From NCBI GenBank assembly GCA_038087875.1, contig CM075993.1:11224001-11288000 (forward strand): a stretch of 64,000 nucleotides of DNA, in the 5' to 3' direction. The stretch is from Malacoraja senta. Taxonomy: Eukaryota. The translations under genes were made by a program, and so were the position numbers. Positions 40,236-53,695 of the stretch are shown here, one piece after another. The notes beneath the pieces are model-generated. The model did no database searches. It worked only from the letters and a program-made list of their open reading frames with translations, and was not told the DNA's origin. The stretch's first letter is position 1, and every line of letters begins with the position of its first letter.

Positions 40236-41228
40236 ACAATAGACAATAGGTGCAGGAGCAGGCCATTCGGCCCTTCGAGCCAGCACCGCCATTCAATGTG
40301 ATCATGGCTGATCACCCCCCATCAGTACCCCGTTCCTGCCTTCTCCCCATATCCCCTGACTCCGCTATCTTTAAGAGCCCTATCTAGCTCTCTCTTGAAA
40401 GCATCCAGAGAACCTGCCTCCATCGCCCTCTGAGGCAGAGAATTCCACAGACTCACCACTGTCTGTGAGCAAAAGTGTTTCCTCGTCTCCGTTCTAAATG
40501 GCTTACTCCTTATTCTTAAACTGTGGCCCCTGGTTCTGGACTCCCCCAACATCGGGAACATGTTTCCTGCCTCTAGCGTGTCCAAACCCTTAACAATCTT
40601 ATATGTTTCAATGAGATCCCCTCTCATCGTTCTAAACTCCAGAGTGTACAAGCCCAGCTGCTCCATTCTCTCAGCATATGACAGTCCCGCCATCCCGGGA
40701 ATTAACCTTGTAAACCTACGGTGCACTGCCTCAATAGCAAGAATGTCCTTCCTCAAATTAGCGGACCAAAATTGCACACAATTCTCCAGGTGTGGTCTCA
40801 CTAGGGCTCTGTACAACTGCAGAAGGACCTCTTTGCTCCTATATTCGATTCCTCTTGTTTTAAAGGCCAACATGCCATTCGCTTTCTTCACTGCCTGCTG
40901 TACCTGCATGCTTACTTTCATAGACTGATGTACAAGGACCCCCAGATCCCGTTGTACTTCCCCTTTTCCCAACTTGACGCCATTTAGATAGTAATCTGCC
41001 TTCCTGTTTTTACTACCAGTGGATAACCTCACATTTATCCGCATTAAACTTCATCTGCCATGCATCTGCCCGCTCCCCCAACCTGTCCAAGTCACCCTGC
41101 ATTCTCATAGCATCCTCCTCACAGTTCACACTGCCACCCAGCTTTGTGTCATCTGCAAATTTGCTAATGTTACTTTGAATCCCTTCATCCAAATCATTGA
41201 AGTATATTGTAAATAGCTGCGGTCCCGG
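40236..41228 (-). mobile_element. CR1-clade LINE 3' part (RT C-terminal region)
   Basis: 240-aa ORF 40322-41044 plus upstream KFADDTKL region in another frame. Confidence 0.92.
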
Positions 41229-41881
41229 AGTTGCCTTCCAGAGGGAAGTGATTCAAAGAGTTTGTGGCCAGTGAGTGGGGTCAGAGATGATCTTGCCCGC
41301 TCGCTTCCTGGCCCTTGCAGTGTACAGTTCATCAATGGATGGAAGGTTGCAGCCAATAACCTTCTCTGCTGATCGGAAGGTGTCGTGCTTGGTGGCTAAG
41401 CCAAACCAGACCATGATGGAGAAGGTGAGAACAGACTCTACGATGGCCGTGTAGAATTGGACCATCATTGCCTGTGGCAGATTGTGCTTCCTCAGCTGCC
41501 ATAGGAAGTACATCCTCTGTTGTGCCTTTTTGACTGGAGTCGATGGTAGCCCCCCAAATCCTGTGGAGTCGATGGTAGCCTCCCCAAATACCACGGTGGC
41601 GTTGCGGTACAGCTGGTGCCTTACAGCGCCAGAGACCCGGGTTCAATCCAGACCACGGATGCTGTCTGTACGGAGTTTGTACGTTCTCCCCGTGTCCTGC
41701 AAGATCTTCCGTTTCCTCCCACACTCCAAAGACGTACAGGCTTGTAGGTTAATTGGCTTGTTATAAAATGCAAAACTGTCGCTCGTGTGTGTGTGTGTAT
41801 GTATTAATATGCGGGGATCGCTGGACGGCGCAGACTCGGTGGGCCAAAGGGCCTGTTTCCGCACTGTATCTCTAAACTAAA

Positions 41882-43586
41882 CCTTGTACACCGGTCACCG
41901 AAAGTTGGCTTACAGGTACAGCAGGCAGTGAAGAAAGCTAATGGAATGTTGGCCTTCATAACAAGAGGATTTCAGTATAATAATAATAATAATAATAATC
42001 ATTTTATTTACTGGCGCCTTTCTAAAACCCAAGGACACCTTATAATGCATAGAATCACAACAAAACAGAAAACACATAATCAGAATAAATTCAATATAAA
42101 AACACCACAGTACACAAATCAAGGACAGAATTCAATTTCAAAAGCACCAAAAGAAAATAAGAAACACAATTTGAGGAGAGAGCAGCGGCGACCATTTCGC
42201 GCATGCGTCCACTCTCCCCTTCGACCGCCATCTTGTACACGGACTGACAGGCACAGGCACAGGCACAGCACACAAAATCATCCCCCCACAATGACCACCA
42301 CTGTGGGGGAAGGCACAATGTCCAGTCCCCAACCCAGTTCTCCCCAGAGTCAGGCCCATCGAGGCCACCACAGTTGCCTCTACGGAGGCCCGATGTTCCT
42401 GGCCGTCGGGAGAGTCCTCGGAGCGGCTGGAACGGCCGGTTTCCCGACGGAGTCGATGGCACCTGAAGCCGACAGGGCCGCGCCGATTTGGAGCCACGAG
42501 GCTCCCGATGTTGGAGTCGGCGCCGCCGCCTGCAGCTGGTCGCCCCGCAGTCCCGCAGCCCGGAGGTGTTGGTGTCGGCGGTCCAGCTCACCAGAGCTCC
42601 AGCGCGTCGATCCAGCGCGGCGACCCAGGCAAGGCATCGCCCGCTACGCTCCCCGATAGCGCTCCAGCGCTGTGCCGCCACCGAACCTGAAGGTGCTGGG
42701 CGGTCCCCGCCAGGAAACGGCGCTCCATGCCCGCTGGTAGGCCACGAGGACGGATCGACGAGGCAGCCTGGAGAAAAAGCTGCCTCACCGACCAGGTAGG
42801 GACCTAGGAATAGTTTCCCCCTTACCCCCCCACATTAAAAGTCAAAATTCCCCAAACAAACAGAGAAATAAAAAACACTAAAACTAAAGAAAAAGTGAAT
42901 TTGATGGACGGCTGCTGTTTAGCAACCGTTCCTCCAAGATGGCGGCTCCCACGATGTGGAGTAGGATGTGGAGTATAGGAGTAGAGAGGTTCTTCTGCAG
43001 TTGTATAGGGCTCTGGTGAGACCACATCTGGAGTATTGTGTACAGTTTTGGTCTCCTAATTTGAGGAAGGACATCCTTGTGATTGAGGCAGTGCAGCGTA
43101 GGTTCACGAGATTGATCCCTGGGATGGCGGGACTGTCATATGAGGAAAGATTGAAAAGGCTAGGCTTGTATTCACTGGAGTTTAGAAGGATGAGGGGGAA
43201 TCTTATAGAAACATATAATTATAAAAGGACTGGACAAGCTAGATGCAGGAAAAATGTTCCCAATGTTGGGCGAGTCCAGAACCAGGGGCCACAGTCTTAG
43301 AATAAAGGGGAGGCCATTTAAGACTGAGGTGAGAAAAAACTTTTTCACCCAGAGAGTTGTGAATTTATGGAATTCCCTGCCACAGAGGGCAGTGGAGGCC
43401 AAGTCACTGGATGGATTTAAGAGAGAGTTAGATAGAGCTCTCGGTGCTAGTGGAGTCAAGGGATATGGGGTGAAGGCAGGCACGGGTTATTGATAGGGGA
43501 CGATCAGCCATGATCACAATGAATGGCGGTGCTGGCTTGAAGGGCCGAATGTCCTCCTCCTGCACCTATTTTCTATGTTTCTATGT
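41882..43586 (+). mobile_element. CR1-clade LINE 3' part split by a ~1 kb GC-rich element
   Basis: KKANGMLAFITRGFQY...(insert)...[21 protein letters not shown]; agtata duplicated on both sides of the insert. Confidence 0.88.
41980..42970 (-). mobile_element. GC-rich non-autonomous element with L2-like tail
   Basis: Minus-strand tail aaggtgtccttgggttttagaaaggcgccagtaaataaaatg(att)n; no credible ORF. Confidence 0.6.
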
Positions 43587-44299
43587 AAACTAAGCCAAGA
43601 CGAGTTTGGACAGATCTGTGAAAAGAACAAACAATATGCTGGAGAGTGAGAGTGAGAGCCTGCTGATGCCGCTGTATGGCGGCGAGACAGGTCTGAGGAA
43701 GGTCTGAGGAAGGGTCTCGACCCGAAACGTCACGTATTCTTCTCCAGAGATGCTGCCTGACCCGCTGAGTTACTCCAGCATTTTGTGCCTATCTTGAGTA
43801 TAAACCAGCATCTGCAGTTCCTTCCTACACAAACAAGTTAATATTTTGGGCAAAGACCCTTCACCAGTTCTGGGAGAATGAGAAAATAAGTTGCAGGAAG
43901 AATGGGGAAGAGATGACTGGGACCAAAGAAATATCTCTGATAGGGTTGGGCCAGGGTTGCCACGGTGATCCTGGTGTTTACTGAGCCACCTGGTTACCAG
44001 ATTAGATGTTTTGTTTTTAATCTTGGGGATGAAGCGTGGGACATTCAATCATGGCTGATCTATCTCTCCCTCCTAACTCCATTCTCCTGCCTTCTCCCCA
44101 CAACCCCTGACACCCGTACTAATCAAGAATCTATCTATAGACACAGAAAGCTGGAGTAACTCAGCGGGACAGGCAGCATCTCTGGAGAGAAGGAATGGGT
44201 GACGTTTCGGGTTGAGACCCTTCTTCAGACTCGACCCGCAACGTCACCCATTCCTTCTCGCCAGAGATGCTGCCTGTCCCGCTGAGTTACTCCAGCTTT

Positions 44300-45055
44300 T
44301 TAAGAAGGAACTGCAGATGCTAGAAAATCGAAGGTAGACAAAAGTGCTGGAGAAACTCAGCGGGTGCAGCAGCATCTATGGAGCGAAGGAAATAGGCAAC
44401 GTTTCAGGCCGAAACCCTTCTTCAGACTGATGTAGGGTGGGGGGGGGGGGGGCAGAAGAAAGGAAAAAGGAAGAGGAGGAGCCCGAGGGCTGAGGGAGAG
44501 CTGAGAAGGGGAGGAGACTGCAAGGGCTAACGGAAATTGGAGAATTCAATGTTTATGCCGCTAGGGTGCAGACTGCCCAAGCGGAATATGAGGTGCTGCT
44601 CCTCCAATTTCCAGTGGTGCTCACTCTGGCCATGGAGGAGGCCCATGACAGAGAGGTCGGATTCGGAATGGTAGGGGGAGTTGAAGTGCTGAGCCACCGG
44701 GCGATTAGGTTGGTTAATGCGGACCAAGTGAAGGTGTTCGGCGAAACGATCGCCAAGCCTACGCTTGGTCTCACCGATGTAGATCAGCTGACATCTAGAG
44801 CAGCAGATGCAACAGATGAGGTTGGAGGAGATGCAGGTGAACCTCTGTCGCTCCTGGAACGACAGCTTGGGTCCTTGAATGGAGTCGAGGGGGGAGGTAA
44901 AGCGACAAGTGTAGCATCTCTTGCGGTTGCAAGGGAAAGTGCCCAGGGAGGGGGTGGTACGGGAGGGAAGGGACAAATTGACCAGGGAGTTACGGAGGGA
45001 GCGGTCTTTGCGGAAAGCAGACAGGGGGGGAGATGGGAAGATGGTGGTATCACGT
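44300..45055 (-). mobile_element. Penelope-like element 3' part (Cys-rich linker, GIY-YIG, terminal repeat)
   Basis: ORF 44527-44976: PCNRKRCYTC...LICCICCSRCQLIYIGETKRRLGDRFAEH...GINIEF. Confidence 0.92.
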
Positions 45056-45566
45056 TGGATGGTAGTTACTCCAGCTTTTTGTGTCTTTCTTCGGATTAAA
45101 CCAGCATCTGCAGCTCCTTCCTACACAAGAATCTATGTATCTGCCGTAAAAAACATCCAATGACAATGACAAAAACATCCGGCCTCCACAGCCGTCTGTG
45201 GCAAAGAATTCCACAGATTCACCCCCTCAGACTGAAGAAATTCCTCCTCATCTTCCTAAAGGAACGTCCTTTAATACTGAGGCTTGCTTTCCCCACAATG
45301 CTCATGCAAAGTACTCATTTAGTACCTCCCCTACATCCTCAGAGAGAGAAAAAAAGTCTGCAAAAAAAATAAATGCCTTTGTGCAAAGCGCAATTAAAAG
45401 GACAGATCCATGGCAGTGATCATAGTGATACAGCATGGGAGCAGGCCGCGCGACCCAACTAGCCCACACCGGCCAACATGTCCCAGCTATTCCAGTCCCA
45501 CCTGCCCGCGTTTGGTCCATATCCCTCCAAACCTGTCTTATCCATGTACCTGTCTGACTCTTTCTT

Positions 45567-46105
45567 TTTTATTTTTTATTTTTATTTATTAGAAGTACAT
45601 TACATTACAACCACATACATTAGTACTCGTCATTTATATCTTCTTACAATTAATGTACTCCATTTATTTTTTACACTAGAAAAGGAAAAGATTGAAAGAA
45701 AGAAGAAAGTGAAGGAAAAAGTGAAAGTGTAGGAAATGTGACAACAAAAAAGGACGAAGACCCTATAAGAGCAAAATTAAAAACAAAAGAAAAAGAGTTA
45801 AGAAATAGACCCTAGGAAAGAAAGAGAGAGAGAAAGAGGAAAAAGAGAGAAACAAATATTTTTATGAGCATTACGTAAATGGGACATACCAACTCTTCAA
45901 CTATCATCCCCCCTTACCTGACCTCAATTTTTTTTTTTTTTTTAAGTACTTTTGCACCCTATGTTTGTAATAATTCTATAAATGCAGACCACGTCAGGTG
46001 GAAGTGATCTGGTTTACCTGCTAGGAGGAGTCTTATCTCTTCTAGGTGTAATGTTTCAAACATATTTGAAATCCACATATTTATAGTTGGTATTGGAGCC
46101 TTCTT
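45567..46105 (-). mobile_element. L1-clade 5'-truncated insertion
   Basis: Minus strand encodes KKAPIPTINMWISNMFETLHLEEIRLLLAGKPDHFHLTWSAFIELLQT*; poly(A) tail; perfect 17-bp TSD ctgtctgactctttctt at 45550-45566 and 46106-46122. Confidence 0.82.
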
Positions 46106-47029
46106 CTGTCTGACTCTTTCTTAAATGTTGCGATAGTCCCAGCCTCAACTCCCTCGTTCCATACACCCACCACCCTTTGTGTGAAAACATTACCCCTCAG
46201 ATTCCTATTAAATCTTTTCCCCTTCACCTAATACCTATGTCTTCTGGTCCTCGAATCACCTGCACTGGGCAAGGGACTCTGTGCATCTGCCCGATCTATT
46301 CCTCTCATGATTTTATACCCCTCTGTAAGATCACCCCTCATCCTCCACCCTCCTGCGCTCCTGCTCCTTACTGTGCCGTTGCAGAGGTAGGATCAGGGTT
46401 GTGCAGGTTAGTTCAAGAACTATAGAACAGTAGCTGTTCCTGAACCTGGTGGTGTGGGACTTCACGGACTTCTGTACCTCCTGCCTGACGATGGCAGTGA
46501 GAAGAGGGCACGGCCCGGATGGTGGAATCCTTGGCGGTAGATGCCGCCTTCTTGAGGCAGTGCCCGGTGTCAATATTGCCATTGCTGCTTCCTCTTATCC
46601 CATGTGGCACAAGTTATATGAGTAGAATTAGGCCATTCGGCCCATCAAGTCCACTCCGCCATTCAATCATGGCTGATCTCTGCCTCCTAATCCCATTTTC
46701 TTGACCTCCCCATAACCCTTGACACCCGTTTTAATCAAGAATTTGTCCATCTCTGCCTTAAAAATATCCACTGACTTGGCCTCCACAGCCCTCTGTGACA
46801 ATGGGTTTCACAGATTAACTACCCTCTGACTAAAGAAATTCCTCCTCACCTCCTTTCTAAAAGAGCGCCCTTTAATTCTGACTCTCCCATTCTTTCCGCA
46901 TCCACTCTATCTATGTCCTTTATTATTCTGTACATTCCTAACTCCAGCACATGAAGTACGACGTACAATAGCAGCTTTCACTTGGCTGAGACACCGTTTT
47001 TTGTGAATAGCAGCGAAGCTTCTCGTTAT

Positions 47030-47320
47030 CTTTAGACTTTAAAGATACAGCGTGGAAACAGACTATCGCCAAGTCCGCGCCGACCAGCGATCACCTCGTA
47101 CACTAGCACTACCCTACACACACTGGGGTCAATTTACAATTTATAGAAGCCAATTAACCTACAAACCTGCACGTCTTTGGCGTGTGGGAGGAAACCCGAG
47201 GTCCCGGAGAAAACCCACGTGGTCATGGGGAGAACGTACAGACAGCACCCGTAGTCAGGATCGAACCCGGGTCTCTGGCGCTGCGAGGCAGCAACTCTAC
47301 CGCTGCACCACTGTGTCGCC
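47030..47320 (-). mobile_element. HE1-like V-SINE
   Basis: Same family as the 5610 copy. Confidence 0.85.
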
Positions 47321-49794
47321 CCAATGATGCACTGGTGATCATTAATATTTGTCTCGGCTGTGAGTGTATGACAATCAAAGCGACCCACACTTCACCTTGT
47401 GCGAGTTCAGACATGCATCTTGTCGACGTCTGCCAGGTGTGTCTAGGCTACAGGTACTGGCATGAATTCTGTAAAGAACAGCTTCAGGCCTCTAAACCGT
47501 GGATGCAGCTCCTGGGAATCATGTCAAGAATGGGCTCATTTTGTTTGCTGCCAACCATTAAGTGTTTTATTAGACAGTTTTCTCTCAGCTCATTTGTCTG
47601 AAAATATACACCCTTGAATGAACAGTCAAGACAAGGAAAGACAAAGTGCTGGAATAGCTCAGCGGGTCAGGCAGCATCTCTGGAGAACATGGATAGGTGA
47701 CGTTTCAGTTTGGGATCCTTCTTCTGATTTTTTTAAATATTGAAACCAGTATCTGCAGTTCCTTGTTTCTACAGCCAAGCCAATGGATGGATAATCTAGA
47801 TTTCTCACACACTCCTACTTACTTACCGCCAGTTCCTTCAAATTTGTCTCATCTGCTTTGTCCACACTCAAATCCTTCATTCTAGTCGGGCAGTGGGAAG
47901 ACTTCAGAAATATGCAACATCGGAACTTGGCATCTTTAGTTGTTTAGTTTAGAGATACAGCGCGGAAACAGGCCCTTCGGCCCACCGAGTGCATGCCGAC
48001 CAGCGATCCCTGCACACTAACACTATCCGACACACACTAGGGCCAATTTACATGTATACCAAGCCAATTAACCTACAAACCTGTACGTCTTTGGAATGTG
48101 TGAGGAAACCACAGCTCCCGGAGAAACCCCCCCACAGGTGACGGGGAGAAGGTGTAAACTTCATACAGACTGCACCCGTAGTCAGGATCGAACCTGGGTC
48201 TCTGGCACCTTACGGCAGCAACTCTGTGCCACCATGCCGCCCTGTATAGCACAAAATATTTTCTAACGAGCTTGGAGCAAAAGTGCTTTAAGGAGTAACT
48301 GTCAGTGATGGGTAATGGACAAAGAAGGATTGAGGTAGGAAGGTTTAGTGGGCAGGGCAGGGTCACGGACATTGGGAGGGAAAATAATAATATTGATGCT
48401 ACTCTCTGTATTCCGATGGAAGGTCATCGACCTGATAGGTTAACTCAGTTTCTCTGTACAGACAGTGGTGCAACAGCACCAGAGATCCGGGTTCAATCCT
48501 GACTAGGGTGCTGTCTATACAGAGTTTGTACATTCTCCCTGTGACCGTGTGGGTTTTCCCCTGGTGCTCCGCTTTCTTCCCACACTCCAAAGGCATAGAG
48601 GTTTGAGGCTGGACCCTCTGCAGTGACCAATGTTACATGGCGACAACCTACGACCGGAGTAGAGGGGCAACGTCAAGCCCACATTTCAAAACCCAGCGGC
48701 GACAAGAAATAAGTAACGGCACTTGAGGAGACCGCTCCCGACAATACACGCGTCACGTCGCCACTATTTTTCAGCTGTCACCGAAGTGGGACAGGCCCTT
48801 AAAGAAGCCGCCTGACTTGCTGAGTACTTTAGCATTTCCTGGTACAGTTCAGATATTAGCTCTGCTGCAAGCGTTTGAGATCATTAATATGATTATGACC
48901 AGGATGTTCTTTTCCTGTATTCATTATCATGCACATTTAATATACATTTAACTACAATGCAACCACAATGTGACTTTACAAAAGCTAATATGGGAATCAG
49001 GAAAAAACTTTGAACAGTGCAGGACACTAATAAATTGATGATGAGTATTATATGGAAATATGTTAATGTTACAATGGCAGGTGGGAGGAGATGTGTGGAT
49101 GACACACACAGTATGCCTAAGGATATTGACAATTTTGTAGAAACAAGGAACTGCGGATGCTGATTTACACGAAAGGACACAAAGTGCTGGGGTAACTCAG
49201 CGGGTCAGGCAGCATCTCTGGAGAAAAGGAATAGGTGACGTTTCGGGTCAAGACCATTCATCAGAATGAAGAAGTAACATACTCAGGCAACAAGTGTAGG
49301 AAGGAACTGCAGATACTGGTTTACACCGAAGATAGACACAAATTGCTGGAGTAACTCAGCAGGTCAGTCAGCATCTGTGAAGAAAAAGGTGACATTTTGC
49401 TTCAGACTGAAGAAGGGTCCTGACCCGAAACGTCAACTATTCCTTTTCTCCAAAGGTGCTCCTTGAGTTACTGCAGCATTTTTTTATCCTTTTGAAAATG
49501 TTGTGTTAATTTAAAGGATGGAAGCAAGGAACAATGCTATATCATATAAAGTCCTTAACGGTTCAAGGAAGATCTTTGACTTTGCAACTGAGATTGGGCT
49601 GAAATGTTGAACCAAGACTTCACGGGAAACAGGGATTACTAAGTGTAATTTTGGGTATTGCCTGCACCAAGATAGCTTATTGTGCTCAGTAAAAACTATA
49701 TCTAAATGTTACTGCTGTGGTAATACTGCCCATTAAAGCATTGCCTTCTCATTGAGATATACATCAACCATTGCTCAAAGGTGGGTGTTATGGG

Positions 49795-50385
49795 TCATGT
49801 GATAGGAGCAGAATTAGGCCATTCGGCCCATCCAGTCTACTCTGCCATTCAATCATGGCTGATGTATCTTTCCCTCCCAACCCGATTCTCCTGCCTTCTC
49901 CCTATAACTCCTGACACCCGTACTAATCAAGAATCTATCTCTGCCTTGAAAATATCCATTGACGGCATCCACAGCCGTCTGCGACAATGAATTCCACAGT
50001 TTCACCACCCTCTGACTAAATAAATTCCTCCTCATCTTCTTCCTAAAGGAACGTCCTTTAATTCTGAGGCTACGACCTCTAATCCAAGACTCTTTCACCA
50101 GTGGAAACATCCTCTTCGCATCCAGTCTATCCAAGCCTTTCACTATTCGGTAAGTTTTAATGAGGTCCCCCCTCATTCTTCTAAACTCCAGCATGTACAG
50201 GCCCAGTGCCGTCAAACGCTCACCATCTGTTAACCCACTAATTCCTGGGATCGATCTCGTAAACCACCTCTGGACCCTCTGCAGTGCCCAGCACATCCTT
50301 CCTCAGGTATATGGCCCAACATTGCTCACAATACTCCAGATGTGTTCTGACATGCACCTTATAAAGCCTTAGCATTGCATCCCTG
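49795..50385 (-). mobile_element. CR1-clade LINE 3' end (older subfamily)
   Basis: ORF 49853-50296 matches the CR1 C-terminus. Confidence 0.85.
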
Positions 50386-51316
50386 TTAATCCTCTATGTG
50401 AGTCAGCATTTCTTGTGCTCAAGAAGAGTGCAGCGTTGAGTTCATTGCCATTATATGAGTTGTTGAGTTGTTGCTTGTGAATTCATGTTGTACACAAAAT
50501 TATTATACTAATTTCTCGTGTAACGGTGCCTGCACGACAAAGTCCCCTGACTGCTTAAATATAATACTTTGGGGTTTCCTGAGATTCTGAAATTTGCTCC
50601 TGAAATTCTATTGCTGGATTGTCTATTGCTTATTCAGTTTAAGCAGCCATTTACTGTTGAGCAGAAATAGAAATGGTTCATGTTGAAGAGCCTGAAGAAG
50701 CGTCCCGACCCAGAACGTCACCCATTCCTTCTCTCCAGAGATGCTGCCTGTCCCGCTGAGTTACTCTGGCTTTTTGTGTCTACCTTCGGTTTAAACCAGC
50801 ATCTGTAGTTCCTTCCTGCACATCACCTGCCCATATTCTCCTGAGTTGCTGTCTGACCCACTAAACTATTCCAGCACTTTGTGTCTTTTTTTGTAATCCA
50901 GCATCTGCAGTTCCTTGTTTCTACATCTTGTTTACTTTCGTTCAGAGATACAGCGCCGAAACAGGCCCTTCGGCCCACCAGCGATCCCCGTACACTAGCA
51001 CTATCCTACACACCAGGGACAATTAACAATCTTTACCAAGGCCAATTAACCTACAAACCTGCACGACTTTGGAAAGTGGGAGGAAGCCAGTGCACCCGGA
51101 GAAAACCCACCCAGTCATCACGAGGAGAACGTTCAAACTGTACAGACAGCACCTGTAGTCAGGATCAAACCCGGGTGTCTGGTGCTGTGAGGCAGCAACT
51201 CTACCGCTGCGCCACCATGCATCTTTTTAAGTTCATGTTTGTTCATTTCTGCCTTTGATAATGGCCTGTATTATTATTGATATTGTTCCAATATATCCAT
51301 CCTTGCTATATTACAG

Positions 51317-51401
51317 GTCACATCGACGTCTTCACATCGAAGATCCTATTGATTGACCAGTTCCCAGCAGCATCAATAACAGAAAAACTTGGATCATTCA
51401 A
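51317..51401 (+). CDS. Candidate internal coding exon B ((G)HIDVFTSKILLIDQFPAASITEKLGSF)
   Basis: Acceptor ccttgctatattacag and donor CAA|GTAAGT; 85 nt; the only open frame is the one required by the phase-1 end of exon A; ends in phase 2. Confidence 0.75.
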
Positions 51402-51578
51402 GTAAGTGGCTGGAGCTGCATGGTGATGCTTCCATTGGTGGTTCCACGTTTTACTTTAACGTGTTTTTAGTTCAGTTTTGAGATACAGCATGGCAACAGG
51501 CCCTTCAGCCCACTAAATCCACACTGACCGATCACCCGCTCACACTAGTTCTATCACACTTTCACATCTCCTCCCTAA

Positions 51579-51882
51579 TGGCCCTGTCCCACTGTACGAG
51601 TTCATTCCAAGAACTCGTGGTAAGCACGGAGAATGAACGTAGCGGGTACGTCGGAGCTCGGGGACGTCTCTTAGCGGCTCGTAACGCTAACGGCAGGCAC
51701 TCGGGAAGACTCGCTAACGGCAGGTAAGCACGGGAAGACTCGTGAAGATTTTTCAACGTGGTGAAAAATGTCCACGAGAGCCTCGAGTACCGACGAGTGG
51801 CCATTACCGTAAATCTCCGAGTTCGAATCAGGGCAAACTCGGGAGAGCTCTTGGAATGAACTCGTACCGTGGGACAGGGCTT
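51579..51882. mobile_element. Complete PIF/Harbinger-like MITE (304 bp)
   Basis: TIRs TGGCCCTGTCCCACTGTACGAGTTCATTCCAAGA / TCTTGGAATGAACTCGTACCGTGGGACAGGGCTT; TAA TSD at 51576-51578 and 51883-51885. Confidence 0.88.
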
Positions 51883-51904
51883 TAAGCTTTCAAGTAGAGA
51901 TGAC

Positions 51905-52705
51905 TGAAAGCTTCAAGTTCCTTGGAGTAAATATCATCAGCATCTTCTCCTGGACCACCCATATCGAAGCAATGGCCAATAAAGCATAGCATTTCCTCTT
52001 AGGGTTAGGAGGGAGAGATAGATCAGCCATGCTTGAATGGCAGAGTAGACGGTGGGCCGAATGACCTAATTATTCTCCTGTCACTTATGATCTTCCTTGG
52101 AAGGCTTAGGAAGTTCGGCATGTCCCCAACAACCCTCACCAACGTCTCAATATGCGCCGTAGAAAGCATTTCATCAGGATGCATCACAGCTTGGTTTGGG
52201 AACAGCTCCATCCAAGACCACAAGAAATTGCAGAGAATTGTGGACGCAGCCCAGACCATCACACAAACCGACCGCCCTTCCATTGACTCCGTTTACACTT
52301 CACGCTGCCTCGGCAAGGCGTGCAGCATAATCAAGGATGAGTCTCACCCCGGTCACTCCCCCTTCTCCCCTCTCCCATCAGGCAAGAGGTACAAGAAGTG
52401 TGAAAACGCACACCTCCAGATTCAGGGACAGTTTCTTCCCAGCTGTTATCAGGCAACTGAACCACCGTATCAACAACTAGAGAGCAGTCCTGAGCTGCTA
52501 TCTACCTCATTGGAGACCCTCGGACTATCTTTGATTAGATTTGACTAGACTTTATCTTGTAGCAAATGTTATTCCCTTTATCATGTATCTGTACACTATG
52601 TACGCTCGATTGTAAACATGTGTAGTCTTTCCGTTGACTGAATAGCACGCAACAAAAGCTTTTCACAGTATCTCGGTACAAGTGACAATCAACCAAACTA
52701 AAACT
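51905..52705 (+). mobile_element. Rex1/Babar-clade LINE 3' part with a small CR1-tail insert
   Basis: FLGRLRKFGMS...AVESISSGCITAWFGN...KKLQRIV...HPGHSPFSPLPSGKRY; (aaact)n tail. Related fragments at ~32213, 41230, 46390, 55570. Confidence 0.85.
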
Positions 52706-53364
52706 ACACACTGGGCACAATTTACAGAGGGCCACTTAACCTACAAACCCACGTGTCTTTGGGATGTGGGATGAAACTGGAACACCCGGAGGAAGCACAC
52801 ACGGTCACAGGGAGAACGTGCAAGCTCCACACAGACAGTACCCAAGGTCAGGATCGAACCCGGATCTCTGGCGCTGTGCAGCCCTCGGGTTGAATCTGGC
52901 AGCAGAATTTGCCCATCACACCTTGTATCATGTGTGACTTGAGGCTGTAGCCCTTCCTTTCATCTCCTTACGGATGTCTCCTTAACATCTTTGAAACCCC
53001 TAGCATGAAACAATCTGGCTTCCTTTACACCTGTCCTACTTCCTCACCTACTGACCGCTGCTCCATCACCTTTGCCTTGCCCGAACCAGCCCTCTCACAG
53101 CCTGTTCATCCTCAGCTCCATGTTGCCTGCTGTGACCAGCTTCACACAGGGTGAGCCTGTGTCTGCTGTCACCTTCTTGGCTGTACATCCCGTTGTGGGT
53201 TTTCCAGTTTTTAGTTTATTTTGTTTTTAGTTTAGAGATACAGCGCGGAAACTGGCCCTTCGGCCCACCGAGTCCGCACCGACTAGCGATCCCCGCACAT
53301 TAACACTACACCACACACACTAGGGACAATTTTACATTGATACCAAGTCAACTAACCTACAAAC

Positions 53365-53695
53365 ATATATAAAAGGACTGGACAAGCTAGATGCAGGAAA
53401 AATGTTCCCAATGTTGGGCGAGTCCAGAACCAGGGGCCACAGTCTTAGAATAAAGGGGAGGTCATTTAAGACTGAGGTGAGAAAAAACGTTTTCACCCAG
53501 AGAGTTGTGAATTTATGGAATTCCCTGCCACAGAGGGCAGTGGAGGCCAAGTCACTGGATGGATTTAAGAGAGAGTTAGATAGAGCTCTAGGGGCTAGTG
53601 GAGTCAAGGGATATGGGGAGAAGGCAGGCACGGGTTATTGATAGGGGACGATCAGCCATGATCACAATGAATGGTGGTACTGGCTCGAAGGGCTG
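53365..53695 (+). mobile_element. CR1-clade LINE 3' end
   Basis: ORF 53402-53641. Confidence 0.88.

Noticed and set aside
40322..41044. Intact 240-aa ORF as a functional or domesticated gene
   Set aside because: 5'-truncated CR1 ORF2 with an upstream frameshift; many near-identical copies in the window
51317..51340. GHID motif suggesting a deiminase (PADI-like GHVDEF)
   Set aside because: Surrounding residues do not match the family as I recall it; too short to assign
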